Origin: an uncultured Ruminococcus sp.
GTDB lineage: Bacteria > Bacillota > Clostridia > Oscillospirales > CAG-382
Length of the DNA stretch: 64,000 nucleotides
Reading direction: 5' to 3'
NCBI GenBank assembly: GCA_902772845.1
Contig: CACYCI010000018.1
Coordinates: 2,305-66,304, forward strand
Below, piece by piece: positions 1-11,675 of this stretch (the stretch's first letter is position 1; the number at the start of each line of letters is the position of its first letter). Below the pieces are notes generated by a model. It was not told the DNA's origin. It was given only the letters and a program-made list of their open reading frames with translations, and searched no databases. A program made the translations under genes and the position numbers.

Positions 1-51
1 TGAGCAAATAGCCGAAAACCGTGTTTATCGGGCCAAAAATTGCATTACACA
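1..51 (-). CDS. yidC: YidC/Oxa1-type membrane insertase, first 17 codons only (gene continues beyond the window edge)
   Basis: ATG at 51-49, 2 nt below the yidD stop. Translation MCNAIFGPINTVFGYLL is hydrophobic. Position fits the conserved rpmH-rnpA-yidD-yidC order. Too short for a family call on sequence alone. Confidence 0.4.
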
Positions 52-53
52 TG

Positions 54-278
54 TTAATCCTTTCTCTTTTGAGGGACGGGATCGTACCCGCCTTTGCATA
101 AAGGGTTGCATCTTAAAATACGGTAAAGCGTAAGGAAAAAGCCCACGAACGCCCCCCGCGTTTCAAACGCCTCTATCGCGTATTCCGAACACGTAGGCGT
201 AAAACGGCAGGAAGCCGGAAGATAGGGGGAAATGTGCTTTTTGTAAAACTTTACAAGCGCAATGAACAAACGTTTCAT
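54..278 (-). CDS. yidD: Membrane protein insertion efficiency factor YidD
   Basis: 74 aa with the conserved YidD core [15 protein letters not shown] ... [15 protein letters not shown]. Start overlaps the rnpA stop by 4 nt. Confidence 0.92.
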   Translation of the reverse strand: MKRLFIALVKFYKKHISPYLPASCRFTPTCSEYAIEAFETRGAFVGFFLTLYRILRCNPLCKGGYDPVPQKRKD

Positions 279-631
279 TCTTTTATATCCAGAAGTGCCG
301 CCCTGTTCAATAATTCGGCGAGCTCGTCGTTGATCTGGGCAAAGGTAGCCCCGACCGCGGCCTGCCTGGCGACTGCGACGATAAGATAATTTTCCTTCAT
401 CAGCGGATACAGCAAACGCAGCGATTCGCGCATGCGCCTTTTGACGCGGTTCCTGACGACCGCTTTTCCCCTCGATTTCGAAACGGTAATGCCTATTCGT
501 GTACCGTCGTGACGGCGGTTTTTAAGATAATACACCGCGACGTACCGCCCGAAACAGCTTTTTCCTTTTGAATAAACGCGGGAAAAGAGATAGTTTTCCC
601 GTATGGTGTCGGGTTTGCGGCTCTTTTCCAT
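275..631 (-). CDS. rnpA: Ribonuclease P protein component
   Basis: 118 aa, very basic ([23 protein letters not shown]). Lies 8 nt downstream of rpmH, the usual arrangement. Confidence 0.9.
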   Translation of the reverse strand: MEKSRKPDTIRENYLFSRVYSKGKSCFGRYVAVYYLKNRRHDGTRIGITVSKSRGKAVVRNRVKRRMRESLRLLYPLMKENYLIVAVARQAAVGATFAQINDELAELLNRAALLDIKE

Positions 632-639
632 ATTACGGA

Positions 640-774
640 TCAGTAAGTGAGTCTGGCTCTGCTCTTTGCGCGTCTTCTCTTAAGCACTTTTCTGCCGTTG
701 GCGTCCGCCATTCTCTTGCGGAAACCGTGTTCCATTTTTCTGTGACGTTTTTTGGGTTGATAAGTTCTGAGCAT
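640..774 (-). CDS. rpmH: 50S ribosomal protein L34
   Basis: Not in the supplied ORF track. Minus-strand translation from ATG 774 gives [44 protein letters not shown], near-consensus L34. AGGAGGA Shine-Dalgarno upstream. Confidence 0.95.
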   Translation of the reverse strand: MLRTYQPKKRHRKMEHGFRKRMADANGRKVLKRRRAKSRARLTY

Positions 775-863
775 GTCTTATGTCCTCCTGAAAATTATAT
801 ATGTCCTGCCGGTCCTTCCGCGGGAACGCCGTAAACCCCGCGCCCGACAAAACGGCAACGTAT

Positions 864-893
864 ATTATAACCATATTTTACCCGAAAAGTCAA
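864..893 (-). promoter_or_regulatory. Candidate sigma-A promoter for rpmH-rnpA-yidD-yidC
   Basis: On the minus strand: TTGACT (893-888), 18-nt spacer, TATAAT (869-864). Confidence 0.45.
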
Positions 894-1135
894 TAGCAAA
901 AAGCAAAATTATGTTCCGGCGCAAAAAATAAAGCGTTCACAAGGCGCCATAAAAACCGTTTTTCACGGTTTGCCACAGGGGTTGATAAAGTTTTCCACAT
1001 TTTCAACAGCTATAAAAATATACATTTTTCGCATTTTTATGACTTTTACATACATTTATACATTTTTCCGCATACGGGCGGGAAAATGAAAAAGCGCAGA
1101 AAATAGAGATATATATAATATATATAAATATATAC
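894..1135. other. oriC, rpmH-dnaA module: DnaA-box-like cluster plus AT-rich unwinding region
   Basis: 9-mers close to TTATCCACA: TTTGCCACA 969-977, GGTTGATAA (inverted) 980-988, TTTTCCACA 991-999, TTTTCAACA 1000-1008. An almost pure A/T block with TA runs follows at ~1101-1135. Location between rpmH and dnaA. Confidence 0.6.
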
Positions 1136-1164
1136 TTGCAAAACGCAAAAACGTGTGTTATAAT
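1136..1164 (+). promoter_or_regulatory. Candidate dnaA promoter with extended -10
   Basis: TTGCAA 1136-1141, 17-nt spacer, TGtTATAAT 1156-1164. GGAGG at 1203-1207 precedes the ATG at 1218. Confidence 0.5.
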
Positions 1165-1217
1165 AAAATAAGAATATAAGTTATCGTGTGGGCACTGTGC
1201 CCGGAGGAAAAACATAA

Positions 1218-2576
1218 ATGGATATGACCGAGCTCAACGAGCATTTTTCGCGGATCCTTTCGGTAATGAAAGAAGAATCCGGCGCTTCCACAATCGACCT
1301 TTGGTTCAAGGACGCGTTCGTCAGCGATTTCGACGGCAGGACCATAACCGTCGCGCTCGAAAACGATTTCAAAAAGAACATAGTCACCAACCGCTACCGC
1401 GAAAAATTAAAGCAAAAATTTTCCGATTCCGCGGGCGGCGATTTTCAGGTGGCGCTCATCTCGCGCGACGAGATCGCCGCGGAAGAATCCAGCATATTCG
1501 TAAGCGCGCCGCAGCCGTACGTGGCAAAGCAGGAAGAACCCGAACCCGACGAAAACGACAGCGTTATCGGCTCCGGCTACACCTTTGATAATTTCGTCGT
1601 CGGCTCTTCCAATCAGGTAGCGCATTCCGCCTGCCGCGCCGTGGCCGAACGCCCCGCCGCAACGATAAACCCGCTGTTTCTGTACGGTCCTTCCGGGCTG
1701 GGAAAAACGCATCTGCTTTTTGCAATAGTCAATTCGCTGCGCAAGACGCGCCCGCACACCAAGGTGCGTTACGTTACCGGCGAGCAGTTCACCAACGAGC
1801 TGATAGACGCCATAACCAAAAAGAACACCGCGTCGTTCCGCAACAAATACCGCAATCTGGATATGCTGCTTATAGACGATATCCAGTTCATAGCCGGGAA
1901 AATGGTGATACAGGAAGAATTCTTCCACACGTTTGACACGCTTTACAAGCTTCAAAAGCAAATCGTACTGACTTCCGATAAAACTCCGAAAGATATAGAA
2001 CATCTCGAAGAACGCCTGCGCACCCGTTTTGAAATGGGGCTTATCACCGATATCCAGCCGCCCGAACCCGAGCTGCGCACAGCCATTTTCAAACAAAAAA
2101 CACAATCCATAGGGCTGGATCTTCCCAACGACGTGCTCGCGTTTTTGGCGGAAAACATACGCTCTAACGTACGTCAGATCGAAGGCGCGGTCAAAAAGCT
2201 CTGGGCGCAGTCGTTCATAACCAACGAACCCATAACGCTGGATATGGCCAAGACGGTGCTTTCGGATTATTTCAGCAAGGAACGCAGCAAGATCACGCCC
2301 GAAGCCATACTTACCCTGCTTTCCAAGCGTTACGGAATGCCGACAGACGAAATAAAGGGCAAACGCCGCAACGCAAATATAGTTTACGTAAGGCACATGG
2401 CAATATATCTTATACTTGAATATACAGACCTAACGCTGAACAAGGTCGGCAAGATTTTCGACAGAGATCACTCAACTATCCACACTGCGCGCAACGGAGT
2501 GGTCGAACGCATCAAAAACGACCCCGAATTCAGCAAAGACATGCAGGATATCAAAGCCGAACTCGAAGAAAGGTAA
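1218..2576 (+). CDS. dnaA: Chromosomal replication initiator protein DnaA
   Basis: 452 aa. AAA+ Walker A GPSGLGKTHL, Walker B LLIDDIQF, C-terminal DNA-binding region (RHMAIYL...DHSTIHTA). Confidence 0.97.
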   Translation: MDMTELNEHFSRILSVMKEESGASTIDLWFKDAFVSDFDGRTITVALENDFKKNIVTNRYREKLKQKFSDSAGGDFQVALISRDEIAAEESSIFVSAPQPYVAKQEEPEPDENDSVIGSGYTFDNFVVGSSNQVAHSACRAVAERPAATINPLFLYGPSGLGKTHLLFAIVNSLRKTRPHTKVRYVTGEQFTNELIDAITKKNTASFRNKYRNLDMLLIDDIQFIAGKMVIQEEFFHTFDTLYKLQKQIVLTSDKTPKDIEHLEERLRTRFEMGLITDIQPPEPELRTAIFKQKTQSIGLDLPNDVLAFLAENIRSNVRQIEGAVKKLWAQSFITNEPITLDMAKTVLSDYFSKERSKITPEAILTLLSKRYGMPTDEIKGKRRNANIVYVRHMAIYLILEYTDLTLNKVGKIFDRDHSTIHTARNGVVERIKNDPEFSKDMQDIKAELEER

Positions 2577-2808
2577 CATATCTCAACATTCGGTCAACAG
2601 CTTTTTCAAACGTTTTCCGGCGGTTTTTCACCGGCCGGGATCAAAGCGCCGCAAGCGGTATTGGCACTTTTCAACATTTTCAACACCCCTACTGCTTGTG
2701 CTGCTTCTACTTTCTTTTTTAAGACATATATAGACACACACCTAAACGCGCGTGTACGCGCGCGAGGGACACAAATCACAGAAAAATACATAAAAAGGAA
2801 CGGTCGAT
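2577..2808. other. dnaA-dnaN spacer with DnaA-box-like repeats (probable second oriC module)
   Basis: Perfect tandem TTTTCAACA TTTTCAACA at 2668-2685, the same 9-mer as 1000-1008. Additional TCAACA cores at 2583-2588 and 2594-2599. A/T-rich run at ~2711-2735. Confidence 0.4.
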
Positions 2809-3933
2809 ATGGCAATCAAATTCACATCAGACAAATCAACGCTGCTTTCGCTCATCACGCCGGCAATGTACGCTTCTTCAAACAAATCCACTCTGCCCGC
2901 GCTCGAAGGTCTGCTTTTTACCTTAAAAGGGAACACGCTCACCGTTTGCGGCTATGACCTCGAAAAAGGCATAAAAGCCGAATCGACCGTTTTCGGCAGA
3001 GAAGACGGCACCGTGGTGCTCAATTCGGTAAAGATATCCGGCATAATCAAAAATCTGCCCGAAAGCGATATCTTCTTTGAATGCGACGAAAAGAACACCG
3101 TATCTATTTCCGCGGGCGAAAGCCGCTTTGCGCTTCACGGCATAGATTCTTCGGTTTTCCCCAGCATACCCGAACTCATGGGCGAAAACACCACCAAGAT
3201 CAAAGCGGACGTGCTGCGCGACCTTATAACTTCAACTAACCACGCCGTCGCCACTTCGGATTCGCGTCCGGTGTTCATGGGCGAACAGTTCCGTATAGAA
3301 AACGGCGATCTCACCGTTGTCGCCGCCGATTACTGCCGTATGGCGGTAAAATCCGCCAAGGGCTGCGTAAAGAGTGAAAAAGAAGAAAACACTTTCGTTG
3401 TCCCCGGCAAGACTCTCAACGACCTTATCCGCCTCAGCGCCGACGCTGAAGAAGACATAGAAATGCAGTTCACGCGCAAATACGTCATTTTCCGCATAGA
3501 TAACGTAATGATGTTCTCGCGTTTGTTGGAAGGCGATTTTCTGGATTATCAGACAGTAATACCCGTTTCGGGCAAGACTTACGTTACCATAGAACGCCAG
3601 GCGTTTTTGGAAAGCGTGGAACGCGCTTCGCTGCTGGTGGATGAAAAACTGCGCACGCCGCTGCGTTTCAGGTTCGAAGGCGACACGCTCACCATTCATT
3701 GTTCCACGCAGATAGGCAAGATCAACGACGTCGTAAAAGTGGAACACACCGGCGACGATATGGAGATCGGCTTCAACAATAAATATATTCTTGACGCGCT
3801 GCGCGCCTGCCGCGACGAAAAAATACGCCTTATGATGACTTCGCCTCACATGGGGATGGTCATTCGTCCGGCGGAACCGAAAGAGGATTCCGATTACACT
3901 TATCTCGTTCTGCCGTTAAGACTGAAGGATTGA
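2809..3933 (+). CDS. dnaN: DNA polymerase III beta sliding clamp
   Basis: 374 aa, directly after dnaA. Three-domain length and a typical C-terminal end ...YLVLPLRLKD. Confidence 0.96.
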   Translation: MAIKFTSDKSTLLSLITPAMYASSNKSTLPALEGLLFTLKGNTLTVCGYDLEKGIKAESTVFGREDGTVVLNSVKISGIIKNLPESDIFFECDEKNTVSISAGESRFALHGIDSSVFPSIPELMGENTTKIKADVLRDLITSTNHAVATSDSRPVFMGEQFRIENGDLTVVAADYCRMAVKSAKGCVKSEKEENTFVVPGKTLNDLIRLSADAEEDIEMQFTRKYVIFRIDNVMMFSRLLEGDFLDYQTVIPVSGKTYVTIERQAFLESVERASLLVDEKLRTPLRFRFEGDTLTIHCSTQIGKINDVVKVEHTGDDMEIGFNNKYILDALRACRDEKIRLMMTSPHMGMVIRPAEPKEDSDYTYLVLPLRLKD

Positions 3934-3946
3934 GTATTTACAAAAA

Positions 3947-5032
3947 ATGTACATAAACAGTCTTACTCTGCGCGATTTCCGCAGCCACGCTCATACCGAG
4001 CTGGAATTTTCGCAGAACGTCAATCTGCTGTGGGGCGAAAACGGCGCCGGAAAGACCAATCTGCTGGAAGCGGTGTTTCTTTTCGCTTCGGGAAAATCGT
4101 TCCGCGGGCAGACCGACCGCGAGCTTATAAGCTTCGGCAAGCCGGAATCTTATTTGAAACTGGTCTTTACGGATAATTATTCCACGCATACGCTGGAAAT
4201 GAACCTGTACAAAAACCGCCGACGTCTGCTTTTTAAGGACGGCTGCGAAATAAAACGCCTTTCGGAATATCTGGGGCTGTTCCGCGCCGTAGTATTTACG
4301 CCGGATCATCTAAAAATAATCAAGGCCTCGCCCGAAAACCGCCGTCGCCTTGCGGATATTGCCATCTGCCAGACTTTCCCGCGGTACGTGGCTTCGCTTT
4401 CGGAATACAACCGCGTGCTTCTGCAAAAGAACAATCTGCTGAAAACGGGCGTTACCGGGCTTTCGCTGCCAATGCTCGAAGTATATAACGAACGGCTGGC
4501 GCAGCTTTCAGCGCTTATAACGCTGAACCGTTATAATTACGTAAGCCGGCTCGGCGAAAAGGCCGCCGCGTATATGAGCGAGATGACAAACGGAAAAGAA
4601 GACCTTAAGCTCGTTTACGAAACTCAGTACGGCGGCGATTTCACGCGCGAAGAGCTTTATAAAAACTGCCTTGCGCTTTACAAACGCCGTCAGGAATCCG
4701 AAATATCAAAGCGCGTTACGCTTTGCGGCTGCCATCACGACGATTTTGCGGTCATTATAAATTCAAAGGACGCCCGTTCGTTCGCTTCACAGGGGCAGCA
4801 GCGTTCGGCGGTGCTGGCGCTGAAGCTCGCAGAAGGTGAGCTTGCAAAGTTCTATACCGGCGAAGAAAGCGTGTTTCTGTTCGACGACGTGCTTTCTGAA
4901 CTCGACGAATCGAGACGCGCATACGTAACTCAAAAATTAAAAGACCGCCAGTTTATCCTTACCGGCTGCGACGCGCCCGAAAGCGATATCCCGGCGTTCA
5001 GGGTGGAAAACACTTTTTCCGCAAAAGACTGA
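3947..5032 (+). CDS. recF: DNA replication and repair protein RecF
   Basis: 361 aa. Walker A GENGAGKTNLLEA, signature SQGQQRS, Walker B VFLFDDVLSELD. Confidence 0.95.
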   Translation: MYINSLTLRDFRSHAHTELEFSQNVNLLWGENGAGKTNLLEAVFLFASGKSFRGQTDRELISFGKPESYLKLVFTDNYSTHTLEMNLYKNRRRLLFKDGCEIKRLSEYLGLFRAVVFTPDHLKIIKASPENRRRLADIAICQTFPRYVASLSEYNRVLLQKNNLLKTGVTGLSLPMLEVYNERLAQLSALITLNRYNYVSRLGEKAAAYMSEMTNGKEDLKLVYETQYGGDFTREELYKNCLALYKRRQESEISKRVTLCGCHHDDFAVIINSKDARSFASQGQQRSAVLALKLAEGELAKFYTGEESVFLFDDVLSELDESRRAYVTQKLKDRQFILTGCDAPESDIPAFRVENTFSAKD

Positions 5033-5041
5033 AAGGCGACC

Positions 5042-7245
<2,204 letters not shown>

Positions 7246-7256
7246 GTGAGGTCAGT

Positions 7257-9806
7257 ATGGCAGAAGAATTTGATGAATTCGATTATTCCGCGCATCAGAC
7301 GCAAAAGATAACGGATATAGATATACAAAAAGAAATACGCACTTCTTATATCGACTACGCCATGTCAGTCATAGTGGGGCGCGCGCTGCCTGACGTCCGC
7401 GACGGGCTTAAACCCGTACACCGCCGCGTGCTTTACGCAATGTACAAGGCGGGGCTGTTCTATAACGTGGCGTACCGCAAATCCGCCACCGTCGTCGGCG
7501 ACGTCATAGGTCATTACCATCCCCACGGCGACGCCGCCGCGTACGATACCATGGTCCGCCTTGCGCAGGATTTCTCGCTGCGCTATCCGCTGGTGGATGG
7601 CCACGGCAACTTCGGCAACATAGACGGCGACGGCGCGGCCGCTTACCGTTATACCGAAGCGCGCATGGCGCGCATAGCCAACCTTATGCTGCAGGATATC
7701 GAAAAGGACACCGTAGACATGGTGCCCAACTTCGATAACCGCCTTACCGAACCCACCGTGCTCCCCAGCCGGTTCCCCAATCTGCTGGTGAACGGGTCCA
7801 TAGGTATTGCGGTAGGTATGGCTACCAATATCCCGCCCCATAATATGAACGAAGCCATCGACGCCGCCATTTACGTTATGGAGCATCCCGATTGCACGGT
7901 GCAGGACCTTATGCAGATAGTCAAGGGTCCGGATTTCCCCACCGCTGGCATAATCCACGGCACCGCCGGGATAAGGGAAGCGTATCTTACTGGCCGCGGC
8001 AGGGTAAAGGTGCGCGCAAAGGCGGAATTCGAAGAAAAGCGCGGCAAAACGTCCATCATCATCACCGAGATCCCTTACCAGGTCAACCGCACCATGCTGC
8101 TTGCGAGCATGGCTCAGCTTGTTAAGGACAAGCGCGTGGAAGGCGTGGCGGACATCCGCAACGAATCCGGCAGAAAAGGCATGCGCATAGTGATAGAACT
8201 CAAGCGCGACGCCAATCCGCAGGTGGTGCTCAACCTGTTTTACAAATACACGCAGCTTCAGGATACCTGCGCAATAAATATGCTCGCGCTGGTGGACGGC
8301 GTGCCTAAGACGCTCAACTTAAAGGAACTGCTTTCGCATTACGTGGCGTTCCAGCAGCAGGTCATACTGCGCCGCACAAAGTTCGAGCTCGAAAAGGCCG
8401 AACGCGAAGCGCATCTGTACGAAGGATATAAGGTCGTCGCCGACCACACGGACGAGGTAATAGCCATAATCCGCGGGTCGGAATCCATACCCGACGCCAA
8501 AGAAAAACTCGCTGCCCGGTTCGATCTCGACGACGTGCAGACCCAGGCGATAGTTGAAATGCAGCTGGGCCGTCTTTCCGGCATGGAGCGCATAAAGATA
8601 GAAAACCATCTGGCCGAGCTTTACGCCAAGATCGCCGAGCTAAGGGCAATAATTTCCGACGAGTTCAAGATAGACGAGATCATAAAGAAAGACCTGCTCG
8701 AAACAAAGGCGCGTTACGGCGACGACAGGCGCACGACCATAGAAGAGGCCGACGACGATATAGTCATAGAAGACCTTATAGAGCGCGAAGACTGCGTCAT
8801 AACCGTTACGGCGGCGGGCTACGTCAAACGCCTTCCGGCGGAAACTTATTCCGCGCAGCGCCGCGGCGGCAAAGGCATAACCGCCATGGCCACAAAAGAG
8901 GAAGACTACGTTACAAACGTCTACATAGCGCATTCGCACGACTTTCTGCTGATGTTTTCCAACATGGGCAGAATGTATATAAAGAAGTGCTACGAGATCC
9001 CCGAAGCGGGGCGCACCGCAAAGGGGATGAACATAGTCAACCTGCTCCAGCTCGGCGAAAACGAGACCATAACCACCGCGATCCCCATAGCGGAATTCGA
9101 CGCCGATAAATACCTGGTCATGATCACCAAATACGGCGTTATCAAGCGCGTGAACCTGGGCGAATACCGCACGCGCCGCACCGCCGGGCTGTTTGCCATC
9201 AACCTGGACGAAGGCGACGAGCTGCTTTATGTGCTCAAGACCGAAGGCAAGTCCACTATCCTTGCCGCCTCGCGCGAAGGGCTCGCCATCCACTTTGACG
9301 AAAACGACGTGCGCGCGGTGGGCAGGCAGGCGCGCGGAGTGCGCATGATGACTCTGCCTCAGGGCGTAACGGTCGTCGGCGCGGCGGCTATCCCCGCCGA
9401 ACGCGACGGCATCTCTGTCCTCACCGTGACCGAGCAGGGCTTCGGCAAACGCACCGATCCAATGGATTTCAGCATTCAGAACCGCGGCGGCAAAGGTATG
9501 CTCTGCCATAAGCTCAGCGAAAAGACCGGCGCGCTTGTGGGTCTGGAGCTCGTGCACGAAGACGACGACTGCATGCTGATAACAGACGGCGGAATAATCA
9601 TCCGCACCGCGGCTGCAGGTATCCCGGTCTACGGCAGAGCGGCTTCCGGCGTTATAGTCATGCGTACCGCCGAAAATACCCGCGTCGCGGGCTTTACGGT
9701 CGTAAAGAACGTAAAAGAAGAACAGCCGGAGCTTTCAGCCGGGCAGGATGAAAGCGAACCGACCGAGCCGACCGAACAGACCGGCGAACCGGCCGAAAAC
9801 GAATAA
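7257..9806 (+). CDS. gyrA: DNA gyrase subunit A
   Basis: 849 aa. [14 protein letters not shown] (QRDR region), catalytic Tyr context [11 protein letters not shown], GyrA-box QRRGGKG, acidic C-terminal tail. Confidence 0.98.
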   Translation: MAEEFDEFDYSAHQTQKITDIDIQKEIRTSYIDYAMSVIVGRALPDVRDGLKPVHRRVLYAMYKAGLFYNVAYRKSATVVGDVIGHYHPHGDAAAYDTMVRLAQDFSLRYPLVDGHGNFGNIDGDGAAAYRYTEARMARIANLMLQDIEKDTVDMVPNFDNRLTEPTVLPSRFPNLLVNGSIGIAVGMATNIPPHNMNEAIDAAIYVMEHPDCTVQDLMQIVKGPDFPTAGIIHGTAGIREAYLTGRGRVKVRAKAEFEEKRGKTSIIITEIPYQVNRTMLLASMAQLVKDKRVEGVADIRNESGRKGMRIVIELKRDANPQVVLNLFYKYTQLQDTCAINMLALVDGVPKTLNLKELLSHYVAFQQQVILRRTKFELEKAEREAHLYEGYKVVADHTDEVIAIIRGSESIPDAKEKLAARFDLDDVQTQAIVEMQLGRLSGMERIKIENHLAELYAKIAELRAIISDEFKIDEIIKKDLLETKARYGDDRRTTIEEADDDIVIEDLIEREDCVITVTAAGYVKRLPAETYSAQRRGGKGITAMATKEEDYVTNVYIAHSHDFLLMFSNMGRMYIKKCYEIPEAGRTAKGMNIVNLLQLGENETITTAIPIAEFDADKYLVMITKYGVIKRVNLGEYRTRRTAGLFAINLDEGDELLYVLKTEGKSTILAASREGLAIHFDENDVRAVGRQARGVRMMTLPQGVTVVGAAAIPAERDGISVLTVTEQGFGKRTDPMDFSIQNRGGKGMLCHKLSEKTGALVGLELVHEDDDCMLITDGGIIIRTAAAGIPVYGRAASGVIVMRTAENTRVAGFTVVKNVKEEQPELSAGQDESEPTEPTEQTGEPAENE

Positions 9807-9841
9807 TTCCACAAGCTTACTTACGAAAGGGAAGCAGTAAT

Positions 9842-10378
9842 ATGGCACTGAACATTCTTGTATTAAACAACGACCCCAACCGCGAAACGCGTCACGCCAC
9901 GCTTCTCGAAGCGGTGCGCAGTCATTTCAACAACCCCGAAATAAACATCGAATACACCCGCAAGGGCAAGCCCGAGCTTAAGGGGATAGACCGCCACATA
10001 AGCGTGACGACCGTAGAGGATAAAATGATCTGCGTCATTTCCGAAGGCAAGATCGGCGTGGACGGCGAACACATTTCCCGCTTCACGGGCGAAACCAAGA
10101 CCGATTTCCCCGCAATAGCGGAACGCTTTTTCACCGACGAAGAGGCGGAATACGTCCGCGACGGCGAAGACACCGGAGTGCGTTTCGCCAAGATCTGGAT
10201 CCGCAAGGAAGCGTACAGCAAATACACCGGCAAAGGGCTGGCGGATTTTTCCAACTTTTCCGTCAACGACGGCGAACGCTTCTACGGCAAGGTGAACGGT
10301 ATCCCCATAAAGCGCCTTCAGGTCAATTTCCCGGGCAGCAACGAATACCTGTTTGCGGTCGCGGGCGATAATATCTGA
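9842..10378 (+). CDS. Sfp-type 4'-phosphopantetheinyl transferase superfamily protein
   Basis: 178 aa. PPTase motifs KIGVDGEHI (GxD..E) and WIRKEAYSKYTGKG (WxxKEAxxK). Confidence 0.72.
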   Translation: MALNILVLNNDPNRETRHATLLEAVRSHFNNPEINIEYTRKGKPELKGIDRHISVTTVEDKMICVISEGKIGVDGEHISRFTGETKTDFPAIAERFFTDEEAEYVRDGEDTGVRFAKIWIRKEAYSKYTGKGLADFSNFSVNDGERFYGKVNGIPIKRLQVNFPGSNEYLFAVAGDNI

Positions 10379-10480
10379 TCCCGTTCGGGGCAGGGCCCAC
10401 AACATATTGTATATAAGCTTTCCTTCGCGGCACAAAATATGCAAAACGGCATAAAATATGCAAAAAATGCAAAAAAGGGC

Positions 10481-10509
10481 TTGCATTTGCATAAAAAGTG
10501 TGCTATAAT
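10481..10509 (+). promoter_or_regulatory. Candidate rplS promoter with extended -10
   Basis: TTGCAT 10481-10486, 17-nt spacer, TGcTATAAT 10501-10509. Confidence 0.5.
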
Positions 10510-10576
10510 TGCGTGTCATTTAGGGCGGTCCAATGCAGCTCTGTAAGAACGTCCGTATATTATAAGGAGGAAAGCC

Positions 10577-10921
10577 ATGAGTGAACTGTTAAAGGCTTTT
10601 ACAGATGAGCAATTAAAGGAAAACATTCCTTCCTTCAACGTAGGCGACGGCGTCAAAGTCTATTGCCGTATCGTAGAAGGGACCCGCGTCAGAACGCAGG
10701 TGTTCGAAGGCACGGTCATTGCCAAAAGGAACGGCGGCATAAGCGAAACGTTCACCGTTCGCCGCGTATCCTACGGCGTCGGTACCGAAAAGACCTTCCC
10801 TCTCCATTCGCCCAACGTACAGTCGGTCGAAGTGGTCCGCAAAGGTAAAGTACGCAGAGCAAAGCTCTTCTACCTGCGCGACAGAGTCGGTAAGGCAGCC
10901 AAGGTCAAGGAAAAGATCTAA
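10577..10921 (+). CDS. rplS: 50S ribosomal protein L19
   Basis: 114 aa. ...[47 protein letters not shown]... is typical L19. AGGAGG SD. Confidence 0.95.
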   Translation: MSELLKAFTDEQLKENIPSFNVGDGVKVYCRIVEGTRVRTQVFEGTVIAKRNGGISETFTVRRVSYGVGTEKTFPLHSPNVQSVEVVRKGKVRRAKLFYLRDRVGKAAKVKEKI

Positions 10922-10941
10922 GCTTTTTGAATGCTCGGATA

Positions 10942-10976
10942 AAAGCACCTATAGCGGTATAGGTGCTTTTTATTTC
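10942..10976 (+). terminator. Rho-independent terminator after rplS
   Basis: Stem aaagcacctata / tataggtgcttt with loop gcgg, followed by TTTTATTT. Confidence 0.65.
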
Positions 10977-10999
10977 CCAATAAGGAGAGAATAAAAGAC

Positions 11000-11665
11000 T
11001 TGGAAAACGATATCAGAGAAAACGGCGCCAACGGCATTCCCGCGCAGGATCGCGAAGACACGGTCTCGGTCCCCAGCGCCGAAGCCGCGGATGGCGTTTA
11101 CGAAAAAGTGACTTTGCAAAAGAAAAAAGAAAAAGCGGAAAAGATCCCGCCGGTACAGCAGGCGTACGACTGGTTAGAATCGTTCGCGCTGGCGCTTTCG
11201 CTCATGGTGGTGCTGTTCCTGTTTTTATTCAAATACGTCACGGTGGAAGGGCATTCCATGGAAGACACGCTCGAAAACGGGCAGAAACTCATAATAACCT
11301 CGGTCGGCGGTTACGATAACGGCGATATCATCGTCGTCTGCGAGCCGGACAACAACAAACCGCTGGTCAAACGGCTGATCGCACGCGGCGGGCAGACCGT
11401 GAACATAGATTTTGAGACCTGGACCGTATACGTTGACGGCGTGGCGCTGGACGAGCCGTATATCAAGCGCGAGATGGGTATCAATATGAAACGCGACCAG
11501 TTCATGGGGCCGTTCACCGTACCGGAAGGGTACGTGTTCGTAATGGGCGACAACCGCAACCATTCTTCCGACAGCCGGCATTTCGGCTGCGTGGACGAGC
11601 GCGCCATATTGGGAAAAGTGCTTTTGCGCATAACTCCGTTTGCAAAATTCGGCACGGTGGATTGA
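11000..11665 (+). CDS. lepB: Signal peptidase I
   Basis: 221 aa. S26 boxes GHSMEDTL, KRLIARGGQTV, GDNRNHSSDSR. One TM segment after an acidic N-terminus. TTG start preceded by AAGGAGAG. Confidence 0.88.
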   Translation: MENDIRENGANGIPAQDREDTVSVPSAEAADGVYEKVTLQKKKEKAEKIPPVQQAYDWLESFALALSLMVVLFLFLFKYVTVEGHSMEDTLENGQKLIITSVGGYDNGDIIVVCEPDNNKPLVKRLIARGGQTVNIDFETWTVYVDGVALDEPYIKREMGINMKRDQFMGPFTVPEGYVFVMGDNRNHSSDSRHFGCVDERAILGKVLLRITPFAKFGTVD

Positions 11666-11675
11666 AAGTACGGCC

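Noticed and set aside
568-874. Track ORFs 568-834 (+) and 680-874 (-) covering the rpmH region
   Set aside because: A different minus-strand frame encodes a near-consensus L34 (640-774) with an SD. The track ORFs have no family resemblance.
1003-1390. Small minus-strand ORFs 1003-1215 and 1181-1390 in the oriC/dnaA start region
   Set aside because: They lie in an AT-rich origin spacer and antisense to dnaA. The translations are low-complexity (FIYII...) with no SD.
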